Source: Octopus bimaculoides (taxonomy: Eukaryota). From it: 64,000 nt of DNA. The stretch lies in assembly GCF_001194135.2 (NCBI RefSeq), contig NC_068985.1:79475308-79539307 (forward strand), in the 5' to 3' direction. A program made the position numbers and the translations under genes. Each line of letters opens with the position of its first letter. Within the stretch, counting starts at the first letter, position 1. The notes beneath the pieces are model-generated. The model saw nothing but the letters and a program-made list of their open reading frames with translations. It ran no database searches and was not told the origin of the DNA. This document shows positions 50,960 to 64,000 of this stretch, piece after piece.

Positions 50960-53315
50960 GTAACTCTTAGATAGTGATGCTGAATTCTGCAAAAGGCCGA
51001 TAACTCCTGAGGAATTACGTGGAGCGATGACCGGCTACACGATGGAGAAGTAGCTGAGGTAGGATGGTCAACGCTACTAGCTTTATCGCCATATGCCAAA
51101 CTTGTTCGGTCTCTTCTTGGGTGGTGTCAATTACAAATGACAGCAGAACGGAAAAATTCAGTCCTGCAAAAATTGGTACAGTTTGTGCTGCTAAGAAAGG
51201 ATCCGAACAAGGGGGGAAGATTGCAAAGGCCTCGTTAAGACCTATTTAAATGCAGAGTTGAAAGATTTGGTCAAGTGCTTGCTAAGAAGTCTGAGTTTGT
51301 CGCCGATACATTAGTGGGTGAGGCACAGACACGTCCCATATCAAATAGATCTATCTAAGAAACCTTCACCTCAGGCAATACATCACAGAAAGTGTGGGTA
51401 AATTTAGATTACTCGAAAGCGTACGATAGGGTCGACTGTCAATGTGGCCGCTGGCCTGAAGGCGGCTGGCCTGAAGGCGGCTGACCTGAAGGCGGCTGGC
51501 CTCGGCTTCGTCTTCAGAGGCTGGATCGTTGCAGTGTACTGCCTTATTTGTACGGAGGTTAGAGTAAATGACTACCTATCGGAATCGTTCAGTATCATGC
51601 ACTAGGTTCATCAAAGTACCACCTCTCTTTCCTTCTGTTTGTGCGGACTCAGGAGACACAACTGCATAAGCTGGATTTTGAAGGGAGATCTCGTGCGAGA
51701 ACTAGGGTGCAGAATATCCGTGGTTTGTATATACGGACGATACTACTGTAATAGTCTAGGGCAGGTAACCCAATGAAGTGAGAGGTGATTGCACAACGCT
51801 AAGGGAATACAAGGCAGTCATACAAGCAAAAGTTAACCAAAAGCAGTGGACCTGCAACTCGGCACATGGAGAAGCAGATCCATTCTGCCCGAAAGCGTAG
51901 TAAGATACTGGACGGAGAACTGGTAAATAGTTCGGGATCTGGTTTTGTCTGCACCCCCTAGTGGCCAAGATTTGGGTAAGGTCATGAACCGGATAGCTAG
52001 CCTTATCCGCGAATTAACCGAAAGGAAGCTATTCCTGTACTGTAGGGTGGGAGAGGCGAATACCTCAATGCATCCATCATCTACTACTGCCTGACTGTTG
52101 TACCTTGCCCTGATTTTTGGCTGACCAGTTTGTTTTTCAATATTTTGAAGAAGGGACGGATTCCGTTGGTCAGACGGTCCACTTGCTGTCAACATCCACT
52201 ACATGGAAAAATGGGCATGCCGTGCTTATGGCGCACGGATATATGCTGAGGTTACGATATTTCAAGGGTTTCCTTGATGATGAGCAGGTATAGTGCTGAT
52301 TCCCTTTTCAACATACAGGCTCTTTTACAGAAATGCAACCCTAGATCAAGCTTAAAGCGAGGCAGGTTTCCTGTAAGTGCTGTCAAGCGCGCTTACAACC
52401 GTCTGCCAATCGGGAAATATGGTCGATAGAAGCTTCATCATGGTGTTCTGTTGGCGATTGTGAGCAAGCAAGAGTGACGACGTTCTCGGGGAAAATTAGC
52501 GTCGGCGAGATTCAACTGGCTGGTGTGCTTCCTTGGACTTTTGGGGTAGTTTTTATGGATTATTTTCGGAAATCTCTGGCGTAGCAGTGCGACCGGAGAG
52601 TATAACTGTTTCGGGAGAATCTCTACAGGCTTGGTAGTGTTGTCGGCCGGGCCTACTCAGATGCGCAGTAAACGAGGATACCGAGTAAACCGTCCTGTGC
52701 GCGCTCCTGCATTACCTAAGTACTGTTAACTTGTGGAGTTATGTCGAATAGTTGTCATAGGATAGATCCAAATATCGGCCGACTCTATTGTGAAGCTTAC
52801 CCAGTACATTTATTTGAATAGGGAAACACATCCAGTTTTCCTCTCCTTGGTGTCGAAATAGGTTGTATGATGGACAAGACTCAAAGGGCTGAAGACAGAC
52901 ATTTCTCTCTTCGACTTACCGAAGACAGACACGTTAACTTTTTCAAGTGTCATTTGAAAAGTAAAGTGAGGATGGAGAGGAAGGTACTGCCACCTAGTAA
53001 ATTTCCTAAAAGGTGGGTGAATGTGATGAGGATGGCTTGAGTGTGTGTATCTACTTTTAGCTGGTTTTTGTAGCACGAAGAGGAAAGATTGGAGAAGAAC
53101 GCCCTCCAGTAGGACACTTGATGGCTGGGGTGATCAAGGAACTATGAGGTTCATTGATTAATCTAGCATGGTATACACTGTATCGGAGAACTTTGTTGTT
53201 ATTGTTCTCGTATTATTGATTTTACTGTTTACGCGTGTTTATATATATCTCCATTGACATTTGCCTTTGTAATGCCTTAATGTTACGTTTGTGGCCCTTG
53301 TGGCCAATAAGAAAA
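50960..53315 (+). mobile_element. Decayed Tx1/L1-like ORF2 (RT to 3' end)
   Basis: DAEFCKRPITPEE..., KAYDRVD-like and YTDDTTV motifs in pieces; C-terminal ...WTRLKGLKTD...; ends gtggccAATAAgaaaa followed by (ACG)n(ACA)n. Confidence 0.8.
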
Positions 53316-53341
53316 CGACGACGACGACGACGCCGACGACG

Positions 53342-53383
<42 letters not shown>

Positions 53384-53735
53384 GTAAGAACAATAAAACT
53401 ACGTTTGAATTATGCAATAAAAGCAGATCTAAGGCAAAATCATATTCTGTGCATTATACCTAATCTATGTGTACTGCGGATAAGACAAAATCCTTAATTT
53501 TGTGTCTGAGAAAATCCCGTTTTAAATATATTGTTTAAAAGAGCCAGGCAAAACAGAGCCAGGCTAAACAAAATCTCCGTGGAAACAACTGCGAGAGCGA
53601 CATATACGTATTTCGCCTTCGTTGCAGCTTGTCATTGTCACGTCCTCGCGTCGCTTCGGAAGCAAGATCGAAGCATCTAGTCTATTGTATCGAGAGAAAG
53701 TTTGTAAACTATACACTGATTTTCAATGGGGCTGC

Positions 53736-53790
<55 letters not shown>

Positions 53791-53793
<3 letters not shown>

Positions 53794-54097
53794 GTAATTC
53801 TGGGTGCCCAGGTATGATAAGAAAGGGATATCAGAAATATGAAGATAATATCCCAGGAGAACCATGTCTCAGAGGAATCCAAAAGATTGTTCTGACAAGT
53901 ACTGCCCACATCCTTAAAAAATCCTTATCAATTTAAATGTTTGTATTGTATTAGATGAAGATATCGCACTACCTTCCCTGCCACATCCCCTTCCCAAGCT
54001 TTCAGTCATACTGTAACATATCTTATGCTTCACTTACCCTAAGATGCGGGATGTGTCTCGGCAAGCGATTGTAACAAACATGCAGATTAAAAGCAAA
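53791..54097 (+). mobile_element. Short R4/Dong-type 3' end inside (TAA)n
   Basis: GMIRKGYQKYEDNIPGEPCLRGIQKIVLTSTAHILKKSLSI* plus 3'UTR; (TAA)n at 53736-53792 and 54097-54121. Confidence 0.85.
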
Positions 54098-54121
54098 TAA
54101 TAATAATAATAATAATAATAA

Positions 54122-55848
54122 TCGAATGTTGAGCGATTTCTTGGAAAAAGTATGGCGAAGTGGAAGGTGGAACTGCGAGCATATGGAATAAGTGTACGGA
54201 CAATAGAAATCAGGAGAGACATCTTCCAAGCAGAATGTCTGTCCCCGCTGATCTTTGTACTGTGCATGATACCACTAACACTGATACTGAGGAAAGCGAA
54301 GGCTGGGTATGTATTCAAGAGCCACCAACAACCACTTTGTTATTCATAGATGAACTCAAACTTTATGGTAAAGATGAATGCCAAGTCAGTTCCCTTGCTG
54401 ATACGGTGTATGCTTTCAGTGCTGATATCAGAATGGAGTTTGAACTGAAAAAGTGTGGTGTGTTAGTCTTGAAGAGAGGCAAAAGCAAATGTATGGACGG
54501 ACTAACGATACCGTCAGGGGAGGTTATGAAGCAGATAGAAGAGACGGGCTATAAGTACTTGGAGATATTGGAAATGGATAAATTGATGGAGAAAGAAATG
54601 ACAGAAGAGACTGATCCTTAAGTCGAAATTAAACGGATGGAATAAGATTGAAGCTATCAACACCTGGGCGGTTTCACTCCTTACATATTGAGCAATGGTA
54701 ATCATATGTACAGTAGACAAATTAAACTGCTCAGACAGAAAGACAAGGAAGTTACTGACTAGATATGGGATACTCCATCCAAAGCGTGACAGAGATAGAC
54801 TGTGTGTACCGAGAAAAAGAGGGGGAAGAGAACTCATTGGATGCGAACATAGCATTAGAGCAGTAGAAAACAACATATGGTATGTAAAAACTGCTACAGA
54901 AAGTCAGTCTTGTGTTAGAAAGTCAGGCTTGTGTAGGATGGAAGATTGCAAAGATAAAGTACTGTAGAAGTACTTAAGAATGAATGAAACTGAAAATAAG
55001 TGGATAAAAAAATAAGAATGCATGGACAATTTCATAGAGTTGTTGAAGATAAAATAGACAGAGAAAAAAGATGGCTGTGAATGACTAAAAGTGATTTAAA
55101 ACCGGAAACGGAGACTCTAATCTGTGCTACCCAAGAGCAAGTATTAAGAACGAATTACATCAAATACAGTATAGACAACACATCAGAAAGTGATAAGTGC
55201 AGGATTTTTGGACAAAATTCTGAAAGCGTATGGCATTTTACCAGTCAATGTACGCCACTAGCCCAGAAAGAATATAAGCGACGTCATGACAATATAGTAA
55301 AGATTGTCCATTGGACACTTTGCAACAAGTATGGACTTGACAGAGCAAAAAAGCGGTACGAGCATTAACCCGAAGGCATCATAAAAAATCATAATGCAAA
55401 GATCCTATGAGATTTTATGATTCAGTGCGATCATGAGATACAGAATATGAAACCAGATATAGTCTTAATTGAGAAAGAAATCAAACGGTGCTGTATTATA
55501 GATATAACATGCCCAGCTAACAACAAGGTATGCGATAGGGAAGAAAGAAAAGTCGAAAGATATAACAGGTTAGCATGGGAGGTTAAGCAGTTGTGGTCAC
55601 TGAAAAATGTGGTAGTAGTACCAATAGTTGTCCGAGCCCTGGGAACAGTGAGTACAAATCTTAAGAAATATATGGAACAAATAGGAGCTCCAATAATGGT
55701 GGAACACTTGCAGAAAACAGCACTGCTTGGGATCGCAAGAATACTCCAGATGGTGCTTGAAAAATAAGGGGTGTTACCTTAGTTCACTGACAGTGAACAG
55801 CTGACACCGTAGTACATCTCCAGCGTTAGAATCTGTGCAAAGACAATA
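54122..55848 (+). mobile_element. 5'-truncated R4/Dong-type retrotransposon (RT C-half, CCHC, RLE, 3'UTR)
   Basis: IFQAECLSPLIF, LLFIDELKLYGK, LHPKRDRDRLCVPRKRGGR, ICATQEQVLRT, CRIFG...HFTSQC, KPDIVLIEKE...IDITCP...VVPIVVRALG...KTALLGIARIL. Confidence 0.9.
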
Positions 55849-56064
<216 letters not shown>

Positions 56065-56803
56065 GAGAGCACTATACTGGTAGCGCAAGACCAAGCTTTG
56101 GCCCCGAATTGGGGAATGCGCAACTGTCTCCGCTGTGCCGCATTTGTAATAGAGTAGACGAAACCATTGCATATATCACGAACAAATACCCTTGACATGC
56201 CCAATACGACTACAAGTTGTGGCGACACGATAAGGTAATGAAAGTGCAACATTGGAAACTGTGCAAAAAGTGGGGCTAGAGAGAGGCAAGGCATGGTATG
56301 AGGACAAACCATAGAGAGTCACGGAATCGGAGACTTACAAAATCATCTAGGATTTCCCAGTCTAAACAAACCAGGTGCTACAGCATAACAAGCCGGATCT
56401 AGTGCTGGTCGACAAGATGCACCACATGTGCTATATAGTTGATGTTGCATGACCCTTTGACCCACGAATAGTCAAGAAGGAAGGCGAAAAGATAGATAAA
56501 TCCAACACTCTTAAGTACGAAATAGCCCGGATATGGAAAATGAAGAAGGGGGAGATAATACAAATTATTTCTAGGTTCTTGGGGACATTATCAAAAGGTA
56601 TCAAGAGGAATATAACGGAAATCTGAAAAAAGTGCCCAGTAGAACTGTTAGGAAAGGTTTGCCTCCTTGGCACGGCTAGAATAATCATGAAAGTATTAGA
56701 AAGCTGAAAAGAACAGACCGCATGGTACCGTAGGTTGAGGCAGCAACCCTGCTACGCATGCAAGACTCCAGGAGTTCAAACAAAACCTGAGGTAAAAACA
56801 AAT
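56065..56803 (+). mobile_element. R4/Dong-type 3' fragment, different family
   Basis: ESTILVAQDQAL..., KPDLVLVDKMHHMCYIVDVACPFDPRIVKKEGEK...YEIARIWKMKK...VCLLGTARII; ends in (TAA)n. Confidence 0.85.
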
Positions 56804-56827
56804 AGTAATAATAATAATAATAATAAT

Positions 56828-56893
<66 letters not shown>

Positions 56894-56947
56894 AAGAAGA
56901 AGAAGAAGAAGAAAAAGAAGAAAAAGAAGAAGAAGAAGAAGAAGAAG

Positions 56948-57158
56948 ATCTTTTGTATTTCAATTTCCAGATCCTGATATTTACTTAATTTCTCAAATTC
57001 CTTTACAAATATATTTTTATCATTGGGAACACATCTATTAGTCTACAAGGACTGACCAAATCCTTAGAAAAAATCTGGCAATTTAAATGTATGTGAGGAT
57101 ATTTCGCTACTGCCTCTGCCATATCCCTTCCCAAGATTTCAGTCATACTGTAACAGAT
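56948..57158. mobile_element. R4/Dong-type piece with an inverted 5' segment (56948-57049 minus, 57050-57158 plus)
   Basis: Minus: CRLID..PNDKNIFVKEFEKLSKYQDLEIEIQK; plus: ORF end and 3'UTR matching 53900-54020. Confidence 0.75.
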
Positions 57159-57159
57159 T

Positions 57160-57957
57160 CCTTGGCCTGGCAGTGCAACCGGGGTTAGGGCGCGCTACCA
57201 CTTCGACATCGATTCTACAGGCACGGATTTGCAGTCAGACGGACTTGTTCGAGGTGCGCGCAGAGTGAGGAAACCGTTCTGCACACCCCTGTTCAATTTC
57301 TGGGCATTGCTGACTTGTGGGGTTTTGTCGAACAACTGCTGTCACATGTTGGACGGATGCGTCTGTCGGCCGGGTCTGTAGTGATGATCGCACGGCCGCC
57401 CTCCTTCAGTCGCGCTGGTAAAGCAGTTTTCCCTTGCCTGGTGGCTGTGGCGACAGACGTTGTTTGGTGGACAAGGCTGAAAGGCATGAAGACAGATACA
57501 TTCCTCTTTGGTAGAGCTCTCAATGACTTATTCAAGTTGCATCTGAAAAGAAAATTGAGAGTGGAGAGAGAAGTGCTGTTCTCAAGTGAGTTTAATGAAA
57601 GGTGGATGAAAGTTGCGAAAATGGCAAGAGTGGTTACTGACTAAGTGTAGACCTGTGAGTCGGAGAGAAGGAAATGGAGAGGGCACTTGCTTCTGGAGTT
57701 TCAAGGAAATATCGAACTGTGGAGTTCCTCGATTGTCCCTAGAGGCCTTCCTATATAAGGACGACCACATCTCTATCATCCTCCCCGCAAGTTTTGTTTT
57801 TAAACTTTTGTATGCTAAGAATATGTCCCGTCGTTTTCAGTGTATACCGAGTATACTTACTTATTTTTTTATCATTTCATTACATTTAAACCCCACACTT
57901 TATGTCTGTCTTTGTATTGTCCCCCCCTCATCCTTCGTCCTTGTGGCAAATAAATGA

Positions 57958-57958
<1 letters not shown>
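57160..57958 (+). mobile_element. 5'-truncated Tx1/L1-like 3' end
   Basis: C-terminal C..C...ETVLH zinc-knuckle remnant; VVWWTRLKGMKTD...HLKRKLRVERE...FNERWMKVAKM; ends gtggcaAATAAA then (ATT)n. Confidence 0.85.
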
Positions 57959-58017
<59 letters not shown>

Positions 58018-58649
58018 TTTGGTTACGAAATGCAAAGTTTGGTTTCCATATAAATATACTATACTTCTAAAATTTCAATTTCGTAAATATATTGCAAAGT
58101 CTTTTTTTATCTTTTGCTGATTTTTTTTTTGTTCTTCTAACCAGATTTGAACACGACTGAGAATTACGTCTCACATAGTTTATTGAACGTAAAAACAAGT
58201 CATAAAAGAAATCTACAAGTTACATAGAACAACGTTAGTACCAAAAACTAAATGAACAAGTATATTTCGAGTAAAACTTCACTGTGTAGACATTTTCTTC
58301 TTTTAATCCATTTGTAACATTTCAAATAATTTACTGATTTCAAAGCTTAGACCATTCTTCAAATGGAATATTTAGCAGAACCTTTATTACTCTAAGTAGC
58401 CGACGTCTAGACTGTAATTGCAATTGTCTGAGCAGGAAACAAGTACACTACGATATTTGACAACGTTATTATAGTCCACCATATTTGAAGCAAATTGTTT
58501 TCAAGAAGTAGCGTTCTCACCTCTGAACTGAAGCGAATTGTTAAGAAAACAAAATCTCCTTCTTTCTCGGTGTCTTTCTTAAATGATTTATTATATTCTC
58601 TTTTATCGATCTTAGAGTTAAATGGTATAATATACTATAGGTAGCATTA

Positions 58650-58657
58650 TACATACA

Positions 58658-58693
<36 letters not shown>

Positions 58694-58925
58694 TATACAT
58701 ATATATGTGTATGTATGTTTGTACGTATGTATATGTATATGTGTGTATATATATATATGTATGTATATACACATCATATATATATATATATATAGATATA
58801 TATATATTCATATGTATGTATGTATGTGTGTGTATGTGCGTGTACGTGTGTGTACATATATATGTATACATACATACATACATACATACACATATGTATG
58901 TATGTATGTATGTACGTATCTATGT
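58650..58925. repeat. Mixed (TACA)n/(TA)n/(TG)n tract
   Basis: Directly visible. Confidence 0.9.
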
Positions 58926-59408
58926 ATATATTAGGAAAAGGGAAGTGGATGTTTTATGATTTAGTCAATGTTCGTTTGTTCGTTTGTGATATCAAAACAC
59001 ATACACGCATACATATATGTATGTTTACGCATATGCATATGGCTGTGTATGTATATGTGTATTTGTCAGTGACAACATTGTCCGGTGCAAACCCGCTGCT
59101 GCATCAAACAGTGTAAGTTAGTGATGTAGTAAATGGTGATCGATAAAATCATTAGCAGAGTGAAAAAAATATCGCTAAATAAAAGGCAAAGAAATACTCT
59201 GTGAAACTCATATGTGAGAAGTGTCGATGAATGAGACTAAAGCCCGAATAAAGAGTTATCCAAAATTCTGAATACCACATATTTGTTAATATATAAAACC
59301 TGTACAAGACTTCAAACAATATATGTATATATATATATATATATAGTTCATATATGAGAATCACTTTTTAGTAGTGCTTAAAAGGTTTACATTTGAGCGG
59401 GTATAAAA

Positions 59409-59749
59409 GCAAACGTCGGGATAAGCATTTTAGACAGGTCAATATATAAAGTATACAAAAGATGTATATATGTTTATATACAAAGACGTCCGACTTACAC
59501 AGAATAGAAATGATGTCGAGAATTAAGTGGGTTGAAGAAAAGAATTACAAATCTACAAACATTATTTTGAACGACCGAGCCCCAGAAAGTATTTGTAATA
59601 GTTTTCTTCAGCCCCTTTAATTCTCGGTATCATTTCTATTCTGTGTACCGCGGACCTTTTTGTATATCGACATATATGCATTTTTATATTTCATACATTT
59701 ACTATACTTTATATATCGACCTGTCTAACTTGCTTATCCGTACATTTAC
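59409..59749. repeat. ~340-bp fold-back (imperfect arms of ~145 bp, ~40-nt loop)
   Basis: ggataagca..ttagacaggtc.atatataaagtata...gtccg...tacacagaatagaaatgat..cgagaattaa..ggg.tgaagaaaa..attacaaat mirrored on the right. Confidence 0.85.
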
Positions 59750-59754
59750 TTACT

Positions 59755-59915
59755 CTCTCCGTTTTTTTCCATTCTCTTTCCGTTTTTTTCCTCAATCCTT
59801 TCTGTCAAATATCTTTGACTTGAAACGTAAAAGACTTTTCCATTCTTCCCGAGTTAAACTAATACGCTTGCTTATTGTTCATCTACTTGTCTTCGTCTTT
59901 TGTTTCCTCTGTGTG
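59755..59915 (+). mobile_element. Dispersed Penelope-terminal-like repeat (copy 3, degenerate hammerhead-like motif)
   Basis: cctttCTGTCaaatatctttgacttGAAACGTAaaagactt...cccgag.ttaaactaatac matches copies 1 and 2. Confidence 0.6.
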
Positions 59916-61168
59916 TGTATATATATATATATNNNNNNNNNNNNNNNNNNNNNNNNNNNNNNNNNNNNNNNNNNNNNNNNNNNNNNNNNNNNNNNNNNNN
60001 NNNNNNNNNNNNNNNNNNNNNNNNNNNNNNNNNNNNNNNNNNNNNNNNNNNNNNNNNNNNNNNNNNNNNNNNNNNNNNNNNNNNNNNNNNNNNNNNNNNN
60101 NNNNNNNNNNNNNNNNNNNNNNNNNNNNNNNNNNNNNNNNNNNNNNNNNNNNNNNNNNNNNNNNNNNNNNNNNNNNNNNNNNNNNNNNNNNNNNNNNNNN
60201 NNNNNNNNNNNNNNNNNNNNNNNNNNNNNNNNNNNNNNNNNNNNNNNNNNNNNNNNNNNNNNNNNNNNNNNNNNNNNNNNNNNNNNNNNNNNNNNNNNNN
60301 NNNNNNNNNNNNNNNNNNNNNNNNNNNNNNNNNNNNNNNNNNNNNNNNNNNNNNNNNNNNNNNNNNNNNNNNNNNNNNNNNNNNNNNNNNNNNNNNNNNN
60401 NNNNNNNNNNNNNNNNNNNNNNNNNNNNNNNNNNNATATTTCATATACACACACGCACCCCACCGCATATAAATGTATATAGCCAGTATCGAAAGTTTCC
60501 GTAGAAAGTCACACGTGAAAGTAAAGCGTGATTACCCTTTATGTCTACTTTGTACCAAAATTTAAAACCATTTAAATAAGAATGTTTTTCATCTAAATAT
60601 AACAGCAGTTTCATCAAGTGATTACTTCTGGCTCTTTCAATTATTTGACCTCAAGGCAACGCGAACGTCGTATTTGAGAAGTCCGTAAGAAACGTAGGTA
60701 TTGAATAATAGTCTACAAATATGTATTTCGAAAACGAAGACACCCCTATTTGAACCAGTAGACGGTAATAATTATATAAATATGTGTATATGAGCGCGCG
60801 CGCGCGCGACTGTCTCAATCACCGACGTGGATTACATTAAGACGGATATCAACTCTGATAAAAAAAAAATAATTTCGCCTGTTCCTTTATCAGTTAGGAG
60901 TAAGAAAAAGACACAGGAAGAACGCACCAAACACAGACTGAGAGAAAAGTAGTGAATTATTAATTGCTTCAAAATAATGATAAAAATAGTTACATAAGAT
61001 GCAGAACTAAACAAATATTGAAAACGAAGTGTATGATAGACATTCGGACAACGAAAAATATATCGACAGTCATATGATGTACAAAATAGATCAAGCTGCG
61101 TAACTCAATTCTTGTGTTTGATTTTGACAACAAAATGTCCACTATATGCATACACACATACGCACATG

Positions 61169-61209
<41 letters not shown>

Positions 61210-61991
61210 TATATACCACCCCTCTTTTGTTATATAATCTACCATGGCAGGAACGAAAATGGCGCCCAGAAACAAACAACAGGGCAACACGACACTCGGC
61301 AAAATATTATGTGAGCTGCAAGANNNNNNNNNNNNNNNNNNNNNNNNNNNNNNNNNNNNNNNNNNNNNNNNNNNNNNNNNNNNNNNNNNNNNNNNNNNNN
61401 NNNNNNNNNNNNNNNNNNNNNNNNNNNNNNNNNNNNNNNNNNNNNNNNNNNNNNNNNNNNNNNNNNNNNNNNNNNNNNNNNNNNNNNNNNNNNNNNNNNN
61501 NNNNNNNNNNNNNNNNNNNNNNNNNNNNNNNNNNNNNNNNNNNNNNNNNNNNNNNNNNNNNNNNNNNNNNNNNNNNNNNNNNNNNNNNNNNNNNNNNNNN
61601 NNNNNNNNNNNNNNNNNNNNNNNNNNNNNNNNNNNNNNNNNNNNNNNNNNNNNNNNNNNNNNNNNNNNNNNNNNNNNNNNNNNNNNNNNNNNNNNNNNNN
61701 NNNNNNNNNNNNNNNNNNNNNNNNNNNNNNNNNNNNNNNNNNNNNNNNNNNNNNNNNNNNNNNNNNNNNNNNNNNNNNNNNNNNNNNNNNNNNNNNNNNN
61801 NNNNNNNNNNNNNNNNNNNNNNNNNNNNNNNNNNNNNNNNNNNNNNNNNNNNNNNNNNNNNNNNNNNNNNNNNNNNNNNNNNNNNNNNNNNNNNNNNNNN
61901 NNNNNNNNNNNNNNNNNNNNNNNNNNNNNNNNNNNNNNNNNNNNNNNNNNNNNNNNNNNNNNNNNNNNNNNNNNNNNNNNNNNNNNNNNNN

Positions 61992-62055
<64 letters not shown>

Positions 62056-62095
62056 GTATAATATATACCACCCCTCTTTTGTTATATAATCTACC

Positions 62096-63835
62096 ATGGC
62101 AGGAACGAAAATGGCGCCCAGAAACAAACAACAGGGCAACACGACACTCGGCAAAATATTATGTGAGCTGCAAGATATTAATTCAAAACTCACACTCCTA
62201 TCGGACAAACTCACAAATCACACTGCAAAGAAATATGCCCGGAAAAAGGAAGATCCCTGCAGACAGAAATAAGTGAAACAGTCGAAAACATCTGTAAATC
62301 ATTTGAAACCTCACTAATGCACAGATCTGAAAATAACCCTAATTCTGGAACGGAAAACAATAACTTTATCTGTCAACAGCCGTCCGATATGAAGAAAGCT
62401 ATCTTTCAAGTATGGACCAAAAATCATAAAAATCGCAAATTCGCTTTCTGAAACATGGTCAAGAACTCCGCTAAAACAGAGATATACGAGAGATGGCTCA
62501 ATTCAACCTCTTATATTCTCCCCAGAAGACTACAAATCAAAGTCATCCCAAACGAACCAGCGAAACAGAGAGAACTGAAGGGGAAAATGGTTTTGGGGAA
62601 CTTCAAAATGGAGACAGAACTTCTGAAACTCAGAGCTCAATCCCACGAAGAAAAACATTACCTCAAATGATGAAGAAAGGAAGGCTGAAATCGCGAAAGA
62701 AAGCCCAAGGGTAACTTTTTGAATATACCCTTTTCCTCTGGAGAAAGGACTGTGAACACGAGGAAGTAATGATAGGGAAAAAAATAACGATTGGTTCACT
62801 CACCATGAGGAAAAATTCAAGGAAGAATACCAATCTAATAATCATTCCTTCTTGAAAAAACTAAAAGCCATGAACTCCATACAACCGGAAGAATGTCACT
62901 ACCGGAACAATACCAGAATGCCCATCGAGAACCGAGAATAACCAATACCCTCCCCGGCACTCCAAATACTCATCAAAGACACAAAATGGGAAATTCCATT
63001 GAACCCTTCACCACACAACAGCAGCCTCACTCAAACATACAGAAGCTCAACTCACCCCAAGAAACCTCCACGTCCCAGACGTTACATCTTCATGAATATT
63101 TTTTTCGGGCAGAAATATAAGAGAAATACGAATTCCCCATATCAAAAACACATCTCACATAGGGAAGACTTCGAACAGGACCAAAGAAGAAGTAAGAACT
63201 TCTTCCGTTCGAGACATTTCTTCCACAATAACCACCGCTTCCAAACAGAATATAACCATTACGATAACCCCACTCAGAGTCGACCACAACGAAGAACCCA
63301 CAATAGACCAAGGATTAGTGGAAGGACTATTAACAGGAACACTAACCCCCTATACCATTTTTTAGACAAACTGGGTCAAATGGCACCAACCAAATATGAG
63401 ATTCCGAAGGTGCTAAATCTCTCACACAAAGCCCTTTCGAACCAGGAAATCATAATTCTTGTAAAGGGATTGAAGTTCACCCCATCACCACGAAGGTCGA
63501 ACCTAAATGATATACAAAATGATATCCAAGAATTCTGCAGAAAACTTCGCATCATTGAAGAACTACTGGATAAAGATAATAATGATAAATCAATCCTTCA
63601 CAATAAAAGTAACTACTGCCCAACAAAAGGAAATAATCAAACTCTGGATAACTTTTGTGATTTGATTTCCAGTTTCCCCTATAATTTAATCCCACCCCGA
63701 AAATTTAAAATAAATACAAGTAGAGTAGAATGGGAAATCATCAATAATCTCAAGGAGGATGACAACATAATTATAAAAGAAGCCGACAAAGGGAGTACTG
63801 TAGTTATCATGGACTCAGAAAAATACATAAATACT
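62096..63835 (+). mobile_element. Penelope-like element, 5' portion (long N-terminal region + start of RT)
   Basis: ORF 62999-63889 contains VLNLSHKALSNQEIIILVKGLKFTP and NIIIKEADKGSTVVIMD, the conserved pre-RT motifs of Penelope-like elements; upstream frames are broken by stops, so the 5' limit is inferred. Confidence 0.85.
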
Positions 63836-63936
63836 ACCCAGATAGAATTCAAGATAATTACTGGTAAAAGTGGTCCTACCCCATATTAAATTTGCTTGAA
63901 ATTTTAAGGTGTTTCCCTTATTTTATCCAACCCCCG
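63836..63936 (+). mobile_element. Tc1-like transposon right end (last codons + TIR)
   Basis: ...PDRIQ../..KSGPTPY* then AGGTGTTTCCCTTATTTTATCCAACCCCCG|TA, whose reverse complement TA|CGGGGGTTGGATAAAATAAGGGAAACACCT resembles Tc1-type TIRs. Confidence 0.6.
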
Positions 63937-63960
63937 TATATGTATATCGATATGTACACA

Positions 63961-64000
<40 letters not shown>

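Noticed and set aside
51451-51502. 15-bp unit CTGGCCTGAAGGCGG x3.4 inside the Tx1 copy
   Set aside because: Local slippage in a dead element; no spacers, so not CRISPR-like.
58515-58556. Minus-strand polypyrimidine tract, CAG|TTCAGAG|GTGAGA: possible 7-nt microexon or recursive splice site
   Set aside because: Length is not a multiple of three, the AG directly before GT is a poor GAG acceptor, and no host gene is established; needs junction reads.
61201-62175. Identical ~123 bp on both sides of the 61324-61991 gap, which could be read as a Penelope tandem terminal repeat
   Set aside because: Exact identity ending at the gap edge is better explained by scaffolding overlap or haplotype duplication.

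Overview
AT-rich, microsatellite-dense metazoan DNA from a fragmented short-read assembly with about 20 N-gaps. The repeat content (tRNA/CORE SINEs, R4/Dong, Tx1, CR1, RTE and Penelope retroelements, (TAA)n tracts) suggests a cephalopod, probably Octopus; this is inference, not a database result. No intact, recognisable host protein-coding gene, rRNA, true tRNA or CRISPR array was found, and the window reads as intronic/intergenic. Most assignable sequence is decayed transposons: at least 10 R4/Dong-type pieces tied to (TAA)n, four Tx1/L1-like pieces, two CR1, one RTE, two Penelope-like elements, four Tc1/mariner remnants (one DD41D copy with both TIRs), a hAT MITE, a Helentron-type element and four SINE families. 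The most unusual features are a ~501-bp palindrome-studded repeat with an inverted copy (35.2-36.2 kb), dispersed repeats carrying a variant hammerhead-ribozyme-like core, a 7-kb stack of non-LTR elements containing a twin-priming-type inversion, and a possible promoter plus small ORF at the left end. Repeat boundaries are approximate (tens of bp) unless TIRs or TSDs are quoted.
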